Assembly (NCBI GenBank): GCA_039028875.1
Contig: JBCCHE010000002.1
Span: 98,345-162,344, forward strand
DNA from: Myxococcota bacterium
GTDB taxonomy: Bacteria; Myxococcota_A; Polyangia; Polyangiales; Houyiibacteriaceae
Length of the DNA: 64,000 nt
Reading direction: 5' to 3'
Shown: one piece after another, positions 26,830 through 36,275 of the stretch
How positions within the stretch are numbered: the first letter of the stretch is position 1
Layout of the letters: each line of letters begins with the position of its first letter
Program-made: the position numbers and the translations under genes
Notes under the pieces: generated by a model
Seen by the model: only the letters and a program-made list of their open reading frames with translations
Database searches by the model: none
What the model was told of the DNA's origin: nothing

Positions 26830-28404
26830 TCATCCCGCGATCGTCTCGGCCGTGCGGACGCCCCCGAGCGCGACCGCCAACGTGCTCTGCCCAAGCAAGA
26901 CGGAGTCACCGACCAAGTAGAGGCCCCGGGCGACCTGTCTCGGCCATAGCGCCTTCGGACGATAGTGTTGGAGCCCGACGCGCCGTGGTATGCCGCCCAC
27001 GAATCCGTCGTGCCTCCCCGTGAACCGGGCGAACGTCCTCGGGCTCGCGGTCATCTCGAACACTTTGTGTGCCGCGAGCTCGGGCGCACGGAGTGCAATC
27101 GTCTCTCTCATCGCCTGTTGCACAGACGCGATGTACTCTCCTTGCGCGGCGTCGTCGTAGGAAAGGTACGCTTCCATCGGGATGTGCGTCGAGACGGTCA
27201 CGGTGCGCTCTCCCTCGGGCGCGCGCGCCGTCTCGCCGCCTGCGCTGACCGAACAGAAAACGTGGTTGCCCTCGCGAAACGGTTGCGCATCGTCGTGCAC
27301 GAGCTGAAGATGGTGTGCTTCAGGTCCGTCGAGCGCCTCGTCACGCACAGCCATGTAGAGCATTGCGGCCCCCCAACCCGACTCGACCGCACTTGCGATG
27401 TCGTCAGTCGAACCGGCGAGTGAAGCGTCACCAAGTTTCGTCATCGACTGGGGCAGTACGTTCCCCACGACGGTAGGCGTCTCGAAGACCCCCTGTCGCG
27501 TGTGTACCTGCCAACCACGCGGCCCGCGGACAACCTGCCGCGCCCTGTTTGAAAGCATCACTCGCCCGCCCGCTCGCTCGATCGCTGCGACGAGTCCCCA
27601 CGCCAAACTTCCGATTCCGCCGCGAACGTGGCCCGTCCCTCGAAAGAAGTAGTCGATGGCAGCCATCGCGAACGGCGCCTCGGCCTCGTCGGCGCTCGCT
27701 TGGACCGTGATCTGGCTGACGGCATCGAGGTACGTCTTGAGAGGTTGCCATTGCGCGAGCCCGTGATGCGCAGCCACATCGCCAAGCGAACGTCCCATCC
27801 AACGGACCACAGGCGCGTATTTCATCGACCGACCGAGGTGGCGCGCGATACCCCCGAAGCCGAGAGGTGGAAGAAGCGCCGGGTCGTCAAAGAGGGCCCA
27901 CAACGCCCCGGCGACCTTGCGCTGCATCGCGAAGAACGCACGAAGCTTGGTCTCGTCCGCACCGGGAAGTCCCAAGAAGCGTTGGAGCAGACGCTCGGGG
28001 TCCGGTGGGATCTCGAGCGACCACGTCGACGTTCGAAAGTCGACCATGGGATCGAGGGGATCGAACTGAACGCCGAGGTCCCACTTGTCGTTCCATCTCG
28101 AGAACAGCTGCCCGGGCCCGAGTCCCGAAAAGAGGGTGGCGCCTGCTTCGAACTGGTAACCGCTACGTGAGAATGTACTGGCGCAGCCTCCGGGGTATCG
28201 CAGCGTCTCACACAACACGACGTCCGCGCCGAGCTCTGCTAGGCGTAGCGCAGCAGCAAGACCGCCGAACCCGGCCCCTACCACAACGACATCCGGCGTT
28301 TGCGAGTTTGTAGAAATGACGGGCGCACTTTGTGGCACGATCGTGTTCGCTTCAACATTGCAGAGCGGGTTTTCGCCCCGCGCGGATCGCGCTGACCAGG
28401 ACAC
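26830..28404 (-). CDS. FAD-dependent oxidoreductase, phytoene desaturase (CrtI)-like
   Basis: The Rossmann motif DVVVVGAGFGGLAAALRLAELGADVVLCE..YPGG lies near residue 40. The C-terminal ..GLYLVGDSVLLGQS.. is typical of the family. The start is uncertain: the ATG at 28404 leaves only 13 nt to the divergent gene, and an internal GTG near 28320 is possible. Confidence 0.8.
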   Translation of the reverse strand: MSWSARSARGENPLCNVEANTIVPQSAPVISTNSQTPDVVVVGAGFGGLAAALRLAELGADVVLCETLRYPGGCASTFSRSGYQFEAGATLFSGLGPGQLFSRWNDKWDLGVQFDPLDPMVDFRTSTWSLEIPPDPERLLQRFLGLPGADETKLRAFFAMQRKVAGALWALFDDPALLPPLGFGGIARHLGRSMKYAPVVRWMGRSLGDVAAHHGLAQWQPLKTYLDAVSQITVQASADEAEAPFAMAAIDYFFRGTGHVRGGIGSLAWGLVAAIERAGGRVMLSNRARQVVRGPRGWQVHTRQGVFETPTVVGNVLPQSMTKLGDASLAGSTDDIASAVESGWGAAMLYMAVRDEALDGPEAHHLQLVHDDAQPFREGNHVFCSVSAGGETARAPEGERTVTVSTHIPMEAYLSYDDAAQGEYIASVQQAMRETIALRAPELAAHKVFEMTASPRTFARFTGRHDGFVGGIPRRVGLQHYRPKALWPRQVARGLYLVGDSVLLGQSTLAVALGGVRTAETIAG

Positions 28405-28417
28405 GACCGATCACATC

Positions 28418-28960
28418 ATGACGACCCCCAAGACTCCCAAGACTCCCTCGGCGCCCTCCCCTTGGGTCGTGCGTTTCACGGGGTGCATCCGAGAGGGCGG
28501 TACCGTCCTCGACTTGGCGTGCGGGCGTGGGCGTCACAGTCGCTTCTTGCTCGAGCACGGCCACCTCGTGGTCGGAGCCGACCGAGATCTCTCTGGCGTT
28601 GCCGATCTTTTGGGGCACGCCAAGTTCGAAGCACAGGAAGCGGAGCTCGAAGGCGACGCGTGGCCGCTTGGAGGTCAATCCTTCGACGGGGTCGTCGTCA
28701 CCAACTACTTGTACCGACCACGGCTCTCTGAGCTCGCCGACCTGCTCTCGGAGGACGGAATCCTCATCTACGAAACCTTTGCCAAAGGACAGGAGGCCTT
28801 CGGACGCCCCACGAACCCGGATTTCTTGCTGGCCCCAAACGAACTCCTCGACGTGTTCTCGCCACTTCTCGAGATCATCGCGTTCGAGCAGAAGGTCGAC
28901 ACCGAACCAAGGCTAGCGCTGCGACAACGCCTCGTTGCACGAAGAAGATCAGCCAAGTAG
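28418..28960 (+). CDS. class I SAM-dependent methyltransferase
   Basis: Trimmed to the ATG at 28418. Motif I (GTVLDLACGRGRHSRFLLEHGHLVVGADRD) and post-I/II regions are present (FDGVVVTNYLYRP). Confidence 0.75.
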   Translation: MTTPKTPKTPSAPSPWVVRFTGCIREGGTVLDLACGRGRHSRFLLEHGHLVVGADRDLSGVADLLGHAKFEAQEAELEGDAWPLGGQSFDGVVVTNYLYRPRLSELADLLSEDGILIYETFAKGQEAFGRPTNPDFLLAPNELLDVFSPLLEIIAFEQKVDTEPRLALRQRLVARRRSAK

Positions 28961-29332
28961 CCGTCGGAGGCCGAAGAACGCGGAGACGCCACACGCGATG
29001 ACCCCGAGGCCGAACATCAGCTGCCCGAGAGACTCGCGGACGCCCACCGGGATGATCTCGATGGCACCCGAGACGAGGCTCTCGGGGCCGTAGAAGGTCA
29101 CCCAACCGCAAAGGACCGAGAAGCCGATCAGCAGGAGCCCGGAAAGAAGCTCACTCCCGCGATGGTCGCGCGCCAGGAGGGCGAAGCCCACCACCAGAGA
29201 AAGCCCTGCGATCCCAAGCCGTGCCTCTCGCGGACCCCCTACCCACGCGTACTCCGCCGGCAACACACCGAGGGTCGTGCCCCCGATGACCACACCGGCA
29301 CCCAGCGCGACGAGAGCGATGAGTTTTCCCAC
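28949..29332 (-). CDS. hypothetical 4-TM membrane protein
   Basis: MGKLIALVALGAGVVIGG... with four hydrophobic segments. No family recognised. There is a 12-nt convergent overlap with the methyltransferase gene. Confidence 0.55.
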   Translation of the reverse strand: MGKLIALVALGAGVVIGGTTLGVLPAEYAWVGGPREARLGIAGLSLVVGFALLARDHRGSELLSGLLLIGFSVLCGWVTFYGPESLVSGAIEIIPVGVRESLGQLMFGLGVIACGVSAFFGLRRLLG

Positions 29333-29379
29333 GCCTCAGGATAGCGGGCTCCGGCGGGGTCTCACCAGTTCGCCGCGTT

Positions 29380-29664
29380 TCAGCCCTCGAAGGCCTCCTT
29401 GAGCCGGCGGGCGATGCTGTTTTGAAGCCGCGCCGAGTCGATGCCCGCGGCCTTCGCCAGCATCCCAAGCTTCAGCTCGACGTTGACACTCGACCCCGTC
29501 ACGTCAATCGCCCCCTTCACCCCCGTGCCCTTGAGGTCCGCATGACCCCCGGCCCACTTCGCGGTCACGCCGTACTTCTTCATCATATCCTCGAAGTCGG
29601 ACATCTTCGCTTTGGCGTCGTCGATACTTAGATTGTGGGGTTGGTTGACCCGGACATCGGCCAT
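29380..29664 (-). CDS. putative polyhydroxyalkanoic acid system protein (PHA_gran_rgn-like)
   Basis: Trimmed to the ATG at 29664 (GGAGGAGCCG upstream). MADVRVNQPHNLSIDDAKAKMSDFEDMMKKYGVTAKWAGGHADLKGTGVKGAIDVTGSSVNVELKLGMLAKAAG matches my memory of this ~90-aa family. Confidence 0.65.
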   Translation of the reverse strand: MADVRVNQPHNLSIDDAKAKMSDFEDMMKKYGVTAKWAGGHADLKGTGVKGAIDVTGSSVNVELKLGMLAKAAGIDSARLQNSIARRLKEAFEG

Positions 29665-29726
29665 CGGCTCCTCCTGACGTAGGCCAACCCTATACAATGG
29701 CCCTCGGGTCGACGTAAAGTGCCGCC

Positions 29727-31154
29727 GTGCCGAGCGTAAGCGCCTTTGGTGAAGACGTCCTTGGCGACCTCGATGCGGTCGCGATCAGAGAGTTGATCGA
29801 CCGCAAGGAGGTCACCTCGTCCGAGGTCGTGGAGGCCTCAATCGCGCGGGCCGAGCGCGTGAACCCGACCCTGAATGCGATTGCGACTCCGTGTTTCGAC
29901 ACGGCACGAGCCGATGCGCGCCGCCCGCGTGCCGGCGCGTTCGCAGGCATTCCGTCGTTCGTGAAAGACACCGACGCGATGAAAGGGCTGCCGCTGCTCT
30001 TTGGTTCGCGCGGCATGCCGAGTGAACCTTCCCAAAGGGACTCCCACTTCGTTCAAGACCTGCGGGCACTCGGTCTCGTGATGCTCGGAAAGAGCACGAC
30101 CCCTGAGTTTGGGCTCACCGCCACCACCGAAGCGCTCGCGTACGGGCCTACCCGAAACCCTTGGAACACCGAGCATACACCTGGAGGCTCGTCTGGCGGC
30201 GCAGCTGCTCTGGTCGCCTCGGGTGTGGTTCCCATCGCGCATGCCAACGATGGCGGCGGCTCGATTCGCATCCCAGCCTCCTGCTGCGGGATCGTCGGCT
30301 TGAAACCTTCGCGCGGCCGCCTGACCGACGCAGAGGGCGCGGGATTGATCCCGGTTCGGATCATCCACCAAGGCATGGTTTCGCGGAGCGTTCGAGACAC
30401 CGCGAGGTTCTACCATGCCGTCGAGAAACTGGTTCCCGTCCGAGGGCTCCCCAAGATCGGCCTCGTCGAAGGGTTCGGGCCGCGCCGGCATATTCGGTTC
30501 TGCACGAAATGGCGCCCCGAGAAATCGGCCCACCCCGAATGCGTGGCCGCCGTCCACGCGTTGGCCAAACGCCTCGAGAACGCTGGTCACACGGTCGAGG
30601 AGATCGACCCACCCTTCGACCCTGCGATCGGAGACGATTTTCTGACTTTGTGGTCGACGATGGCTTTCGGAATCCAGCGGCTCGGCAAGCGGATCATGCA
30701 TCCGCGTTTCGACCGACGTCGAGTCGAACCGTTCACACGGGCGCTCGCGGACCGGTTGAGCGTGCGGAGCGTTCCGGGCGCCGTTCGCCGTTTGCGCGCG
30801 TTTCAACATCGGTACGCGGCAGTGTTCCAAGATGCCGATGCGCTGCTCACGCCCTCCCTCGCGACGCCGCCCCCCAAGATCGGGCACCTTGGACCAGACG
30901 TTCCGTACGATGCCGCAATCGAGCGTCTACGAGCGTTCGTTCCGTTCAGCGCGGTGACCAACATCTCAGGTGGTCCTTCGATCTCCCTGCCGGTCGCTCT
31001 CAACCAGGACGGACTGCCAATCGGTGTTCAGTTCGCCGCCGCCCTGGGGCATGAGCGGACACTCCTCGAGTTGGCCTTTGAGGTCGAGGCGGCCATCCCG
31101 TTTCGACGCCTCGGCTACGGGTCTGCGCCCCAACGGATTCTCGCCTCACTATAG
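29727..31154 (+). CDS. amidase (amidase-signature family)
   Basis: GTG start. The AS motif GGSSGGAAALVASGVVPIAHANDGGGSIRIPASCCGIVGLKPSRGR is present. Confidence 0.9.
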   Translation: MPSVSAFGEDVLGDLDAVAIRELIDRKEVTSSEVVEASIARAERVNPTLNAIATPCFDTARADARRPRAGAFAGIPSFVKDTDAMKGLPLLFGSRGMPSEPSQRDSHFVQDLRALGLVMLGKSTTPEFGLTATTEALAYGPTRNPWNTEHTPGGSSGGAAALVASGVVPIAHANDGGGSIRIPASCCGIVGLKPSRGRLTDAEGAGLIPVRIIHQGMVSRSVRDTARFYHAVEKLVPVRGLPKIGLVEGFGPRRHIRFCTKWRPEKSAHPECVAAVHALAKRLENAGHTVEEIDPPFDPAIGDDFLTLWSTMAFGIQRLGKRIMHPRFDRRRVEPFTRALADRLSVRSVPGAVRRLRAFQHRYAAVFQDADALLTPSLATPPPKIGHLGPDVPYDAAIERLRAFVPFSAVTNISGGPSISLPVALNQDGLPIGVQFAAALGHERTLLELAFEVEAAIPFRRLGYGSAPQRILASL

Positions 31155-31657
31155 AAGAATCCATTCCCTTCGTTGAATTCACCGAACGCAAACGTGAGTA
31201 ACCCCTCTGGGGTCGCACGGACAAAGTCGAGGGGATAGGCATCGCAATCGCCGACGGTGATCACGATCCGGCCCGTCTCGATCCCGTACGGCGTACACAA
31301 CTCGAACGCCGCCATCATGGCCATGTCCGAAATCTGGGCGTAGTCGGGCGCGACGGTGACTTCGTAGAGGTCGTCTTCGTCGAGGACTGCACCCTCAGGC
31401 GCGTCAGCGGAGCCAGGAACGTACCGAGGGAGATCGAAACGCTGCGTTCCGTCGGACAACACCTCAGGCTCGATCGCTGTCGCGGTCGGCGGAGGCGGCT
31501 CAACCGGAGACTCGGGCCCGTCGGTTGCGGCCCCTCCCGCGCCGGTGGGCGGGAGGTCAACGAATCGGGGCGCTCGTGGGGCAGCGTCGGGATCGCCGCA
31601 TCCCAATAGGCACAGCGCCAGTGCACACCGGATCGCGCCGCACCAATCCCTCCTCAT
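31115..31657 (-). CDS. hypothetical lipoprotein
   Basis: Lipobox (MRRDWCGAIRCALALCLLGC), a Pro-rich linker, then a ~110-aa domain. There is a 40-nt convergent overlap with the amidase 3' end. Confidence 0.6.
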   Translation of the reverse strand: MRRDWCGAIRCALALCLLGCGDPDAAPRAPRFVDLPPTGAGGAATDGPESPVEPPPPTATAIEPEVLSDGTQRFDLPRYVPGSADAPEGAVLDEDDLYEVTVAPDYAQISDMAMMAAFELCTPYGIETGRIVITVGDCDAYPLDFVRATPEGLLTFAFGEFNEGNGFFYSEARIRWGADP

Positions 31658-31779
31658 TGTGGGCTTCCCCTCCGCACCCTCCCAGCCTGGCGTACGCAGC
31701 CTCGAAACCCAAATCCGGCGTGAGTTCGCTTACCTTCAGCCTGGGCGGGCGGTACACAGGGCATGGTAGGCTCGCGGCG

Positions 31780-32655
31780 ATGGCAATGTCGGTAGCGCAG
31801 TGGAGGTCTGGGGGAACGACTGCCGAGCTCCTTGGCCACGAGATGTTCTACATGGACAGCGGGGAGCCCGGCCGGCCCACCATCTTCCTGATTCATGGGT
31901 TTCCCACCGCTTCGTGGGATTGGGCAGAGATGTGGGACGAACTCCACGAGACCCACCGGCTGGTGGCGCTCGACATGCTCGGGTTCGGCTTCAGCGCCAA
32001 ACCACGAGGTCACCGCTATTCGATCATGGAGCAAGCGGACCTTTGCGAAGCCTTGGTACAGAGCCTCCGTTTGACGGAGTTCCACGTGATCGCGCACGAC
32101 TACGGAGACACCGTCGCCCAAGAACTTCTCGCCCGACAAAACGAAGGGTCGGGTCGCGGAAACTGGCTCTCGGCTTGCCTCCTCAACGGCGGGCTTTTCC
32201 CCGAGACCCATCGCCCTCGGCTGATTCAAAAGGTCCTGCTGAGCCCAGCGGGCGGAATCGCCACCAAGCTCCTTTCGAAGAAAGGCTTCACTCGATCGTT
32301 CAGCGCGGTATTTGGCCCCGACACCAAACCGAGCCCACAAGACATCGACGCGTTCTGGCAACTGATCAACCACAACGGCGGCAAGCAGGCATTCAGTCGA
32401 TTGATCCATTACATGCCCGAACGCGAACGCTACCGCGATCGATGGGTTCGTGCGCTCCGCGACAGTGCGGTGCCACTCGGGTTGATCAACGGTTCTGTGG
32501 ATCCGGTATCGGGGGCGCACATGGTCACCCGCTACCGAGAAGTCGTGAGCAAGGATCACTACATCGTCGAGCTCCCTCGGATTGGTCACTACCCGCAAGT
32601 CGAGGCGCCGGACGCTGTGCTCGACGCGTATCTCCGGTTCCTACAAAGCGTGTAG
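31780..32655 (+). CDS. alpha/beta hydrolase (MEST/epoxide-hydrolase-like)
   Basis: Trimmed to the ATG at 31780. IFLIHGFPTASWDW ... the nucleophile elbow VIAHDYGD ... the C-terminal GHYPQVE. Confidence 0.85.
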   Translation: MAMSVAQWRSGGTTAELLGHEMFYMDSGEPGRPTIFLIHGFPTASWDWAEMWDELHETHRLVALDMLGFGFSAKPRGHRYSIMEQADLCEALVQSLRLTEFHVIAHDYGDTVAQELLARQNEGSGRGNWLSACLLNGGLFPETHRPRLIQKVLLSPAGGIATKLLSKKGFTRSFSAVFGPDTKPSPQDIDAFWQLINHNGGKQAFSRLIHYMPERERYRDRWVRALRDSAVPLGLINGSVDPVSGAHMVTRYREVVSKDHYIVELPRIGHYPQVEAPDAVLDAYLRFLQSV

Positions 32656-32785
32656 CGCACGGGTCTCGTCCTAGACGCTGTGACGCCACGACGCGGGATG
32701 TTCGCGTGGCAGTCACGTCGGCGCCGTGACAGCTTGCGCGGCCAACAAGACCCGTCATGCAGCAGATGAAGGAGATTCGGGCGTC

Positions 32786-33844
32786 ATGATTCGAGTGATT
32801 CAATGGAGCACGGGCAACGTGGGAAAGTACGCGTTGCGAGCCATCATCCATCACCCCGAGCTCGAGCTCGCCGGGCTCTTCGTCAGCAGCGAAGCCAAAG
32901 AGGGGAAGGACGCCGGGGAACTCTGCGGTGTCGACCCGGTGGGGATCAAGGCGACGCGAGACATCGATGCGCTCTTGAACACAGACGCCGACGCGGTCTG
33001 CTACACGGCTGACGCGGGCATGCGACCGGGCGATGCCATCGATGACATGGCCAAGATCCTCGCATCGGGAAAGAACGTGGTCTCTTGTTCGATGGTCGGC
33101 CTCGTTCACCCCACGACACTCAATGACATGTTCACCTCGCGACTCACGGAGGCGTGCGAGTCTGGAGGGACGTCGTTTCTCACTTCGGGAATCGACCCGG
33201 GCTTCGCGAACGATGTTCTGCCATTGGTGATCTCGGGCCTGTCGGAGCACTGGAGCCAGATCCGCGTGCAGGAAGTCATCAACTACGCGACCTACAACCA
33301 GCCAGAAACCGTGTTCGACATCATGGGCTTCGCGAAGGCGATGGACCATACGCCTGTGCTGTTGATGCCCGGCATGCTTTCGTTCGCATGGGGCGGCACG
33401 TTGCGGTTGTTGGCCGAAGGCTTGGGGATCACGCTTGATGAGATTCGTGAAGTCCACGAGCGCAGGCCCGCAACCAAGGCTCTTCAAATCGGCCCCTACA
33501 CAGTCGAGGAGGGAACGGTCGCGGCACTCCGCTTCGAAGTCCAGGGCATGGTCGATGGGAAGGCCGCACTGATCGTCGAGCACGTGACTCGCCTCGACGA
33601 CGAGCTCGCGCCGGAGTGGCCAACGAGTGACGGCGCGTATCGGGTAATCATCGAAGGAGTGCCAAGCATGAAGCTCGACTACGAGTTCGCCGACGAACAC
33701 GGCGACCATGCCGTCGGCGGCGTTCTTCTCACGGCGACGCGCATCGTCAACGCAATCCCCGCGGTTTGCGCTGCGCCCACGGGGTTGCTCTCCGCACTCG
33801 ACATCCCGATGGTCACCGGGAAAGGGCTATACAAGCCCGCTTGA
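32786..33844 (+). CDS. NAD(P)-binding DapB-like / amine-dehydrogenase-family oxidoreductase
   Basis: GAAGGAG RBS. MIRVIQWSTGNVGKYALRAIIHHPELELAGLFVSS..KEGKDAGEL is the typical N-terminus of this family. Confidence 0.75.
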   Translation: MIRVIQWSTGNVGKYALRAIIHHPELELAGLFVSSEAKEGKDAGELCGVDPVGIKATRDIDALLNTDADAVCYTADAGMRPGDAIDDMAKILASGKNVVSCSMVGLVHPTTLNDMFTSRLTEACESGGTSFLTSGIDPGFANDVLPLVISGLSEHWSQIRVQEVINYATYNQPETVFDIMGFAKAMDHTPVLLMPGMLSFAWGGTLRLLAEGLGITLDEIREVHERRPATKALQIGPYTVEEGTVAALRFEVQGMVDGKAALIVEHVTRLDDELAPEWPTSDGAYRVIIEGVPSMKLDYEFADEHGDHAVGGVLLTATRIVNAIPAVCAAPTGLLSALDIPMVTGKGLYKPA

Positions 33845-33845
33845 G

Positions 33846-34232
33846 TCAGCCCTCTGTGACGAGGCCGCCACGGGGCGTAGCGCGCAGCAGAAACGGCTCA
33901 AACTTCCCTTGCAGATGAAGCCGACCGTCCGCTTCGATGGTGAAGGTTCGAGTGGCCTCGAGTGCCTGCAGCAGTCGCTGTTCCTGATCCATGATAGCGG
34001 GCGGACACAGCATCCGCGTCAACGCCAACTCCCCGAACCGGAGCGAGCCGCCGTCGACCTCGGCCTCCCCCGTGAAATGGTTGCAACCGGTTCGGCCCGA
34101 TACGCGTCCCCTCTCATCGAGCTGAAAAGTTGCCGGGGTATCAGGCAAGATCGGCCGGCCGACGATGTCTTCAATGACCCAATCGCAACCGATGAGCCGT
34201 TGCAGGCCCGATGAGTGGGGTTCGTTTGACAT
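33846..34232 (-). CDS. META-domain (HslJ-like) protein
   Basis: W.IEDIVGRPI.....ATFQLDERGRVSGRTGCNHFTGEAEVDGGSLRFGELALTRMLCP.....EQRLLQALE matches the META domain pattern. The start is uncertain; the ATG at 34232 was chosen. Confidence 0.7.
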   Translation of the reverse strand: MSNEPHSSGLQRLIGCDWVIEDIVGRPILPDTPATFQLDERGRVSGRTGCNHFTGEAEVDGGSLRFGELALTRMLCPPAIMDQEQRLLQALEATRTFTIEADGRLHLQGKFEPFLLRATPRGGLVTEG

Positions 34233-34347
34233 GGCCAGTACCTTGGCAACGCTTCTACTGCTGACAGCACCGCGCGGCAAACTCAGTCGGGCATCGACAC
34301 GGGGCGTCGCAGCCCTAAGACGTCCAAACCACGTCGGGAGGACAGAC

Positions 34348-34743
34348 ATGAAACAAATCCCCAAAACCCACGCCGACATCCTCGACAAACCCGCGTTCGC
34401 GCACTTGTCGACCCTCATGGCAGACGGGTCACCCCACACCGCGCCGGTTTGGGTCGACACCGAGGGCGGCTACGTCGTCGTCAACTCGGCGGAAGGTCGA
34501 CTCAAGGACCGCAACATCCGCCGGGACCCGCGGGTCTCGCTGTCGCTTACCGACCCGGACAACCCCTACCGCTCCTTGGCAATTCGCGGAAAGGTGGCGA
34601 AGATCACGACCGAAGGCGCCGACGGCCACATCGACAAGTTGGCCAAGAAGTACATGGGCGTTGATGAGTATCCGTACCGCTCAGCCGAAGAGGTTCGCGT
34701 GATGTACTACATCGAGCCGGAACGCATCGGCGCCACGCCCTGA
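34348..34743 (+). CDS. pyridoxamine 5'-phosphate oxidase-family (PPOX-class, possibly F420-dependent) protein
   Basis: GGGAGGA RBS. ..FAHLSTLMADGSPHTAPVWVD.....VVVNSAEGRLKDRNIRRDPRVSLSL.D...PYRSLAIRG is the typical split-barrel pattern. Confidence 0.8.
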   Translation: MKQIPKTHADILDKPAFAHLSTLMADGSPHTAPVWVDTEGGYVVVNSAEGRLKDRNIRRDPRVSLSLTDPDNPYRSLAIRGKVAKITTEGADGHIDKLAKKYMGVDEYPYRSAEEVRVMYYIEPERIGATP

Positions 34744-34752
34744 GACACGCGC

Positions 34753-35292
34753 CTACTTCCGCTCGAGCTCCGCCCAGAACACCCCACGAAAGTTGCCGGG
34801 CTCGAAGCCGGTCGCCTGATCTTCAGGATAGAGCGCATCGATGCGAGCTTGTACGTCCGGTTCGATCGACGTGCCATGGCACGTGACACACATCGGTCCG
34901 AGATAGATCGGTTCCATGTAGCCGATCTTGTCTTCGTCGAGCGCAATGACTTTGGGGCTCATGTTGTCCGGATGATCGAGATAGGCTTGAAGAAGCGGCT
35001 TCATCCAAAACTTGGGTGCGTTGTCCGGGTTCCGGAGCTTGTGACTGGTACGGCCGACCGTCACGGTCTGCGAGCTCGCCCCACGAGTGACTGATGGTGC
35101 TACTGCTTGACAGGCCGTCACCGCCTCGACTGGCCCCTTCTCGAGGCCGGTCGCGAGCGCCTTCTTGAGGTTCTTTTTCAGCGGCTGCACCGCGGCGGCA
35201 CCCTGCTCGGACCAATATGATTCGTTGATCCGGGTGTGGTCGCAGCCAACGCAAGACCACAATAGCCAGACGCCGAGAACGGACCGCAACAT
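34753..35292 (-). CDS. DUF3365 (Tll0287-like) c-type haem domain lipoprotein
   Basis: Trimmed to the ATG at 35292. Signal/lipobox (MLRSVLGVWLLWSCVGC). GRTSHKLRNPDNAP...GYMEPIYLGPMCVTCHG (CxxCH) matches the DUF3365 pattern. Confidence 0.8.
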   Translation of the reverse strand: MLRSVLGVWLLWSCVGCDHTRINESYWSEQGAAAVQPLKKNLKKALATGLEKGPVEAVTACQAVAPSVTRGASSQTVTVGRTSHKLRNPDNAPKFWMKPLLQAYLDHPDNMSPKVIALDEDKIGYMEPIYLGPMCVTCHGTSIEPDVQARIDALYPEDQATGFEPGNFRGVFWAELERK

Positions 35293-35385
35293 GACTCGGT
35301 GTTGCAACAGTCGGGGAAGCGGAGCAAGCCGGCACCGTACCGACGGGGTGGCGCGGCATCTTCGTCGGACGTATAGAGAGCGCGG

Positions 35386-36255
35386 ATGCGAATCGCGGAG
35401 TTGTACGCAGCCGGGGGCAAGCCCGTACTTTCGCTCGAGTTCTTCACACCGAAGAGCGACTCGGGGCGCCAGGCATTGTTTCGGGCCATCAAGCGGTTGA
35501 CCACCATCGACCCTGGCTTCGTATCGATCACGTGTGGGGCGGCCGGTACGACGCGGGAACGCACGGCCGACCTCGCGATCGACATCGAAGGAGAGTTCGG
35601 CGTCACGACAATGGCTCACCTCGTCTGCACGGGTACGACTGAGCAAGAACTGAGAGAGACGCTTCGGTACATGAGCGACAACGGGATCACGAACGTCCTC
35701 GCGCTCCGTGGCGACCCACCCCGGGGCGCAAGCAACTGGGAGCCTGTCGATGGGGGGTTCGGACATGCGAACGAGCTGGCCGCCTTCGTTCGAAGCCAGT
35801 TCGACCTGGGGATCGGTGGCGCATGTTACCCGGAGAAACACCACGAGGCCCCGAGCCTCGAGGTCGACATCGATCACCTCGTCACCAAGGTGCACGCAGG
35901 GGCCGAGTTCCTAATCACGCAGTTGTTCTTCGACAACGACCGGTACCGTGCGTTTGTCGAAGCGATACGAGCTCGCGGGATCGACGTCCCGATCGTTCCC
36001 GGGGTCATGCCCGTCCTCAACCTCGCTAACCTCCAGCGCATCGCCGCCCTGTCGCCGGGTACGCAGGTCCCTGCTGCACTCGAGGAGGCGCTTCGAGACG
36101 CCGGCGACGACGACGAGGCTGCGCTCGAAGCTGGTGTGGAGTTCGCCGCGGCCCAATGTCGCGACCTCATCGCGTATGGCGCGCCTGGGATTCACTTCTA
36201 TACACTCAACCGGTCGAAGGCGACGTTGCAGACGGTGGCACGAATCGGCCTCTGA
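35386..36255 (+). CDS. metF: 5,10-methylenetetrahydrofolate reductase
   Basis: Collinear similarity to E. coli MetF as recalled: LSLEFFTPK, FVSITCGAAG, AHLVCTG, LALRGDPP, YPEKH, ITQLFFDNDRY..F, PIVPGVMPV, IHFYTLNRS. Confidence 0.9.
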   Translation: MRIAELYAAGGKPVLSLEFFTPKSDSGRQALFRAIKRLTTIDPGFVSITCGAAGTTRERTADLAIDIEGEFGVTTMAHLVCTGTTEQELRETLRYMSDNGITNVLALRGDPPRGASNWEPVDGGFGHANELAAFVRSQFDLGIGGACYPEKHHEAPSLEVDIDHLVTKVHAGAEFLITQLFFDNDRYRAFVEAIRARGIDVPIVPGVMPVLNLANLQRIAALSPGTQVPAALEEALRDAGDDDEAALEAGVEFAAAQCRDLIAYGAPGIHFYTLNRSKATLQTVARIGL

Positions 36256-36275
36256 GACACCTCCGGCGGCCGAGG

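Noticed and set aside
31115-31154. Convergent 3' overlaps (amidase/lipoprotein 40 nt; also 28949-28960 and 53838-53852), considered as signs of miscalled genes or programmed antisense regulation
   Set aside because: Short convergent overlaps are common in compact GC-rich genomes, and the stop codons are fixed by the reading frames. Nothing else in the sequence suggests special function.
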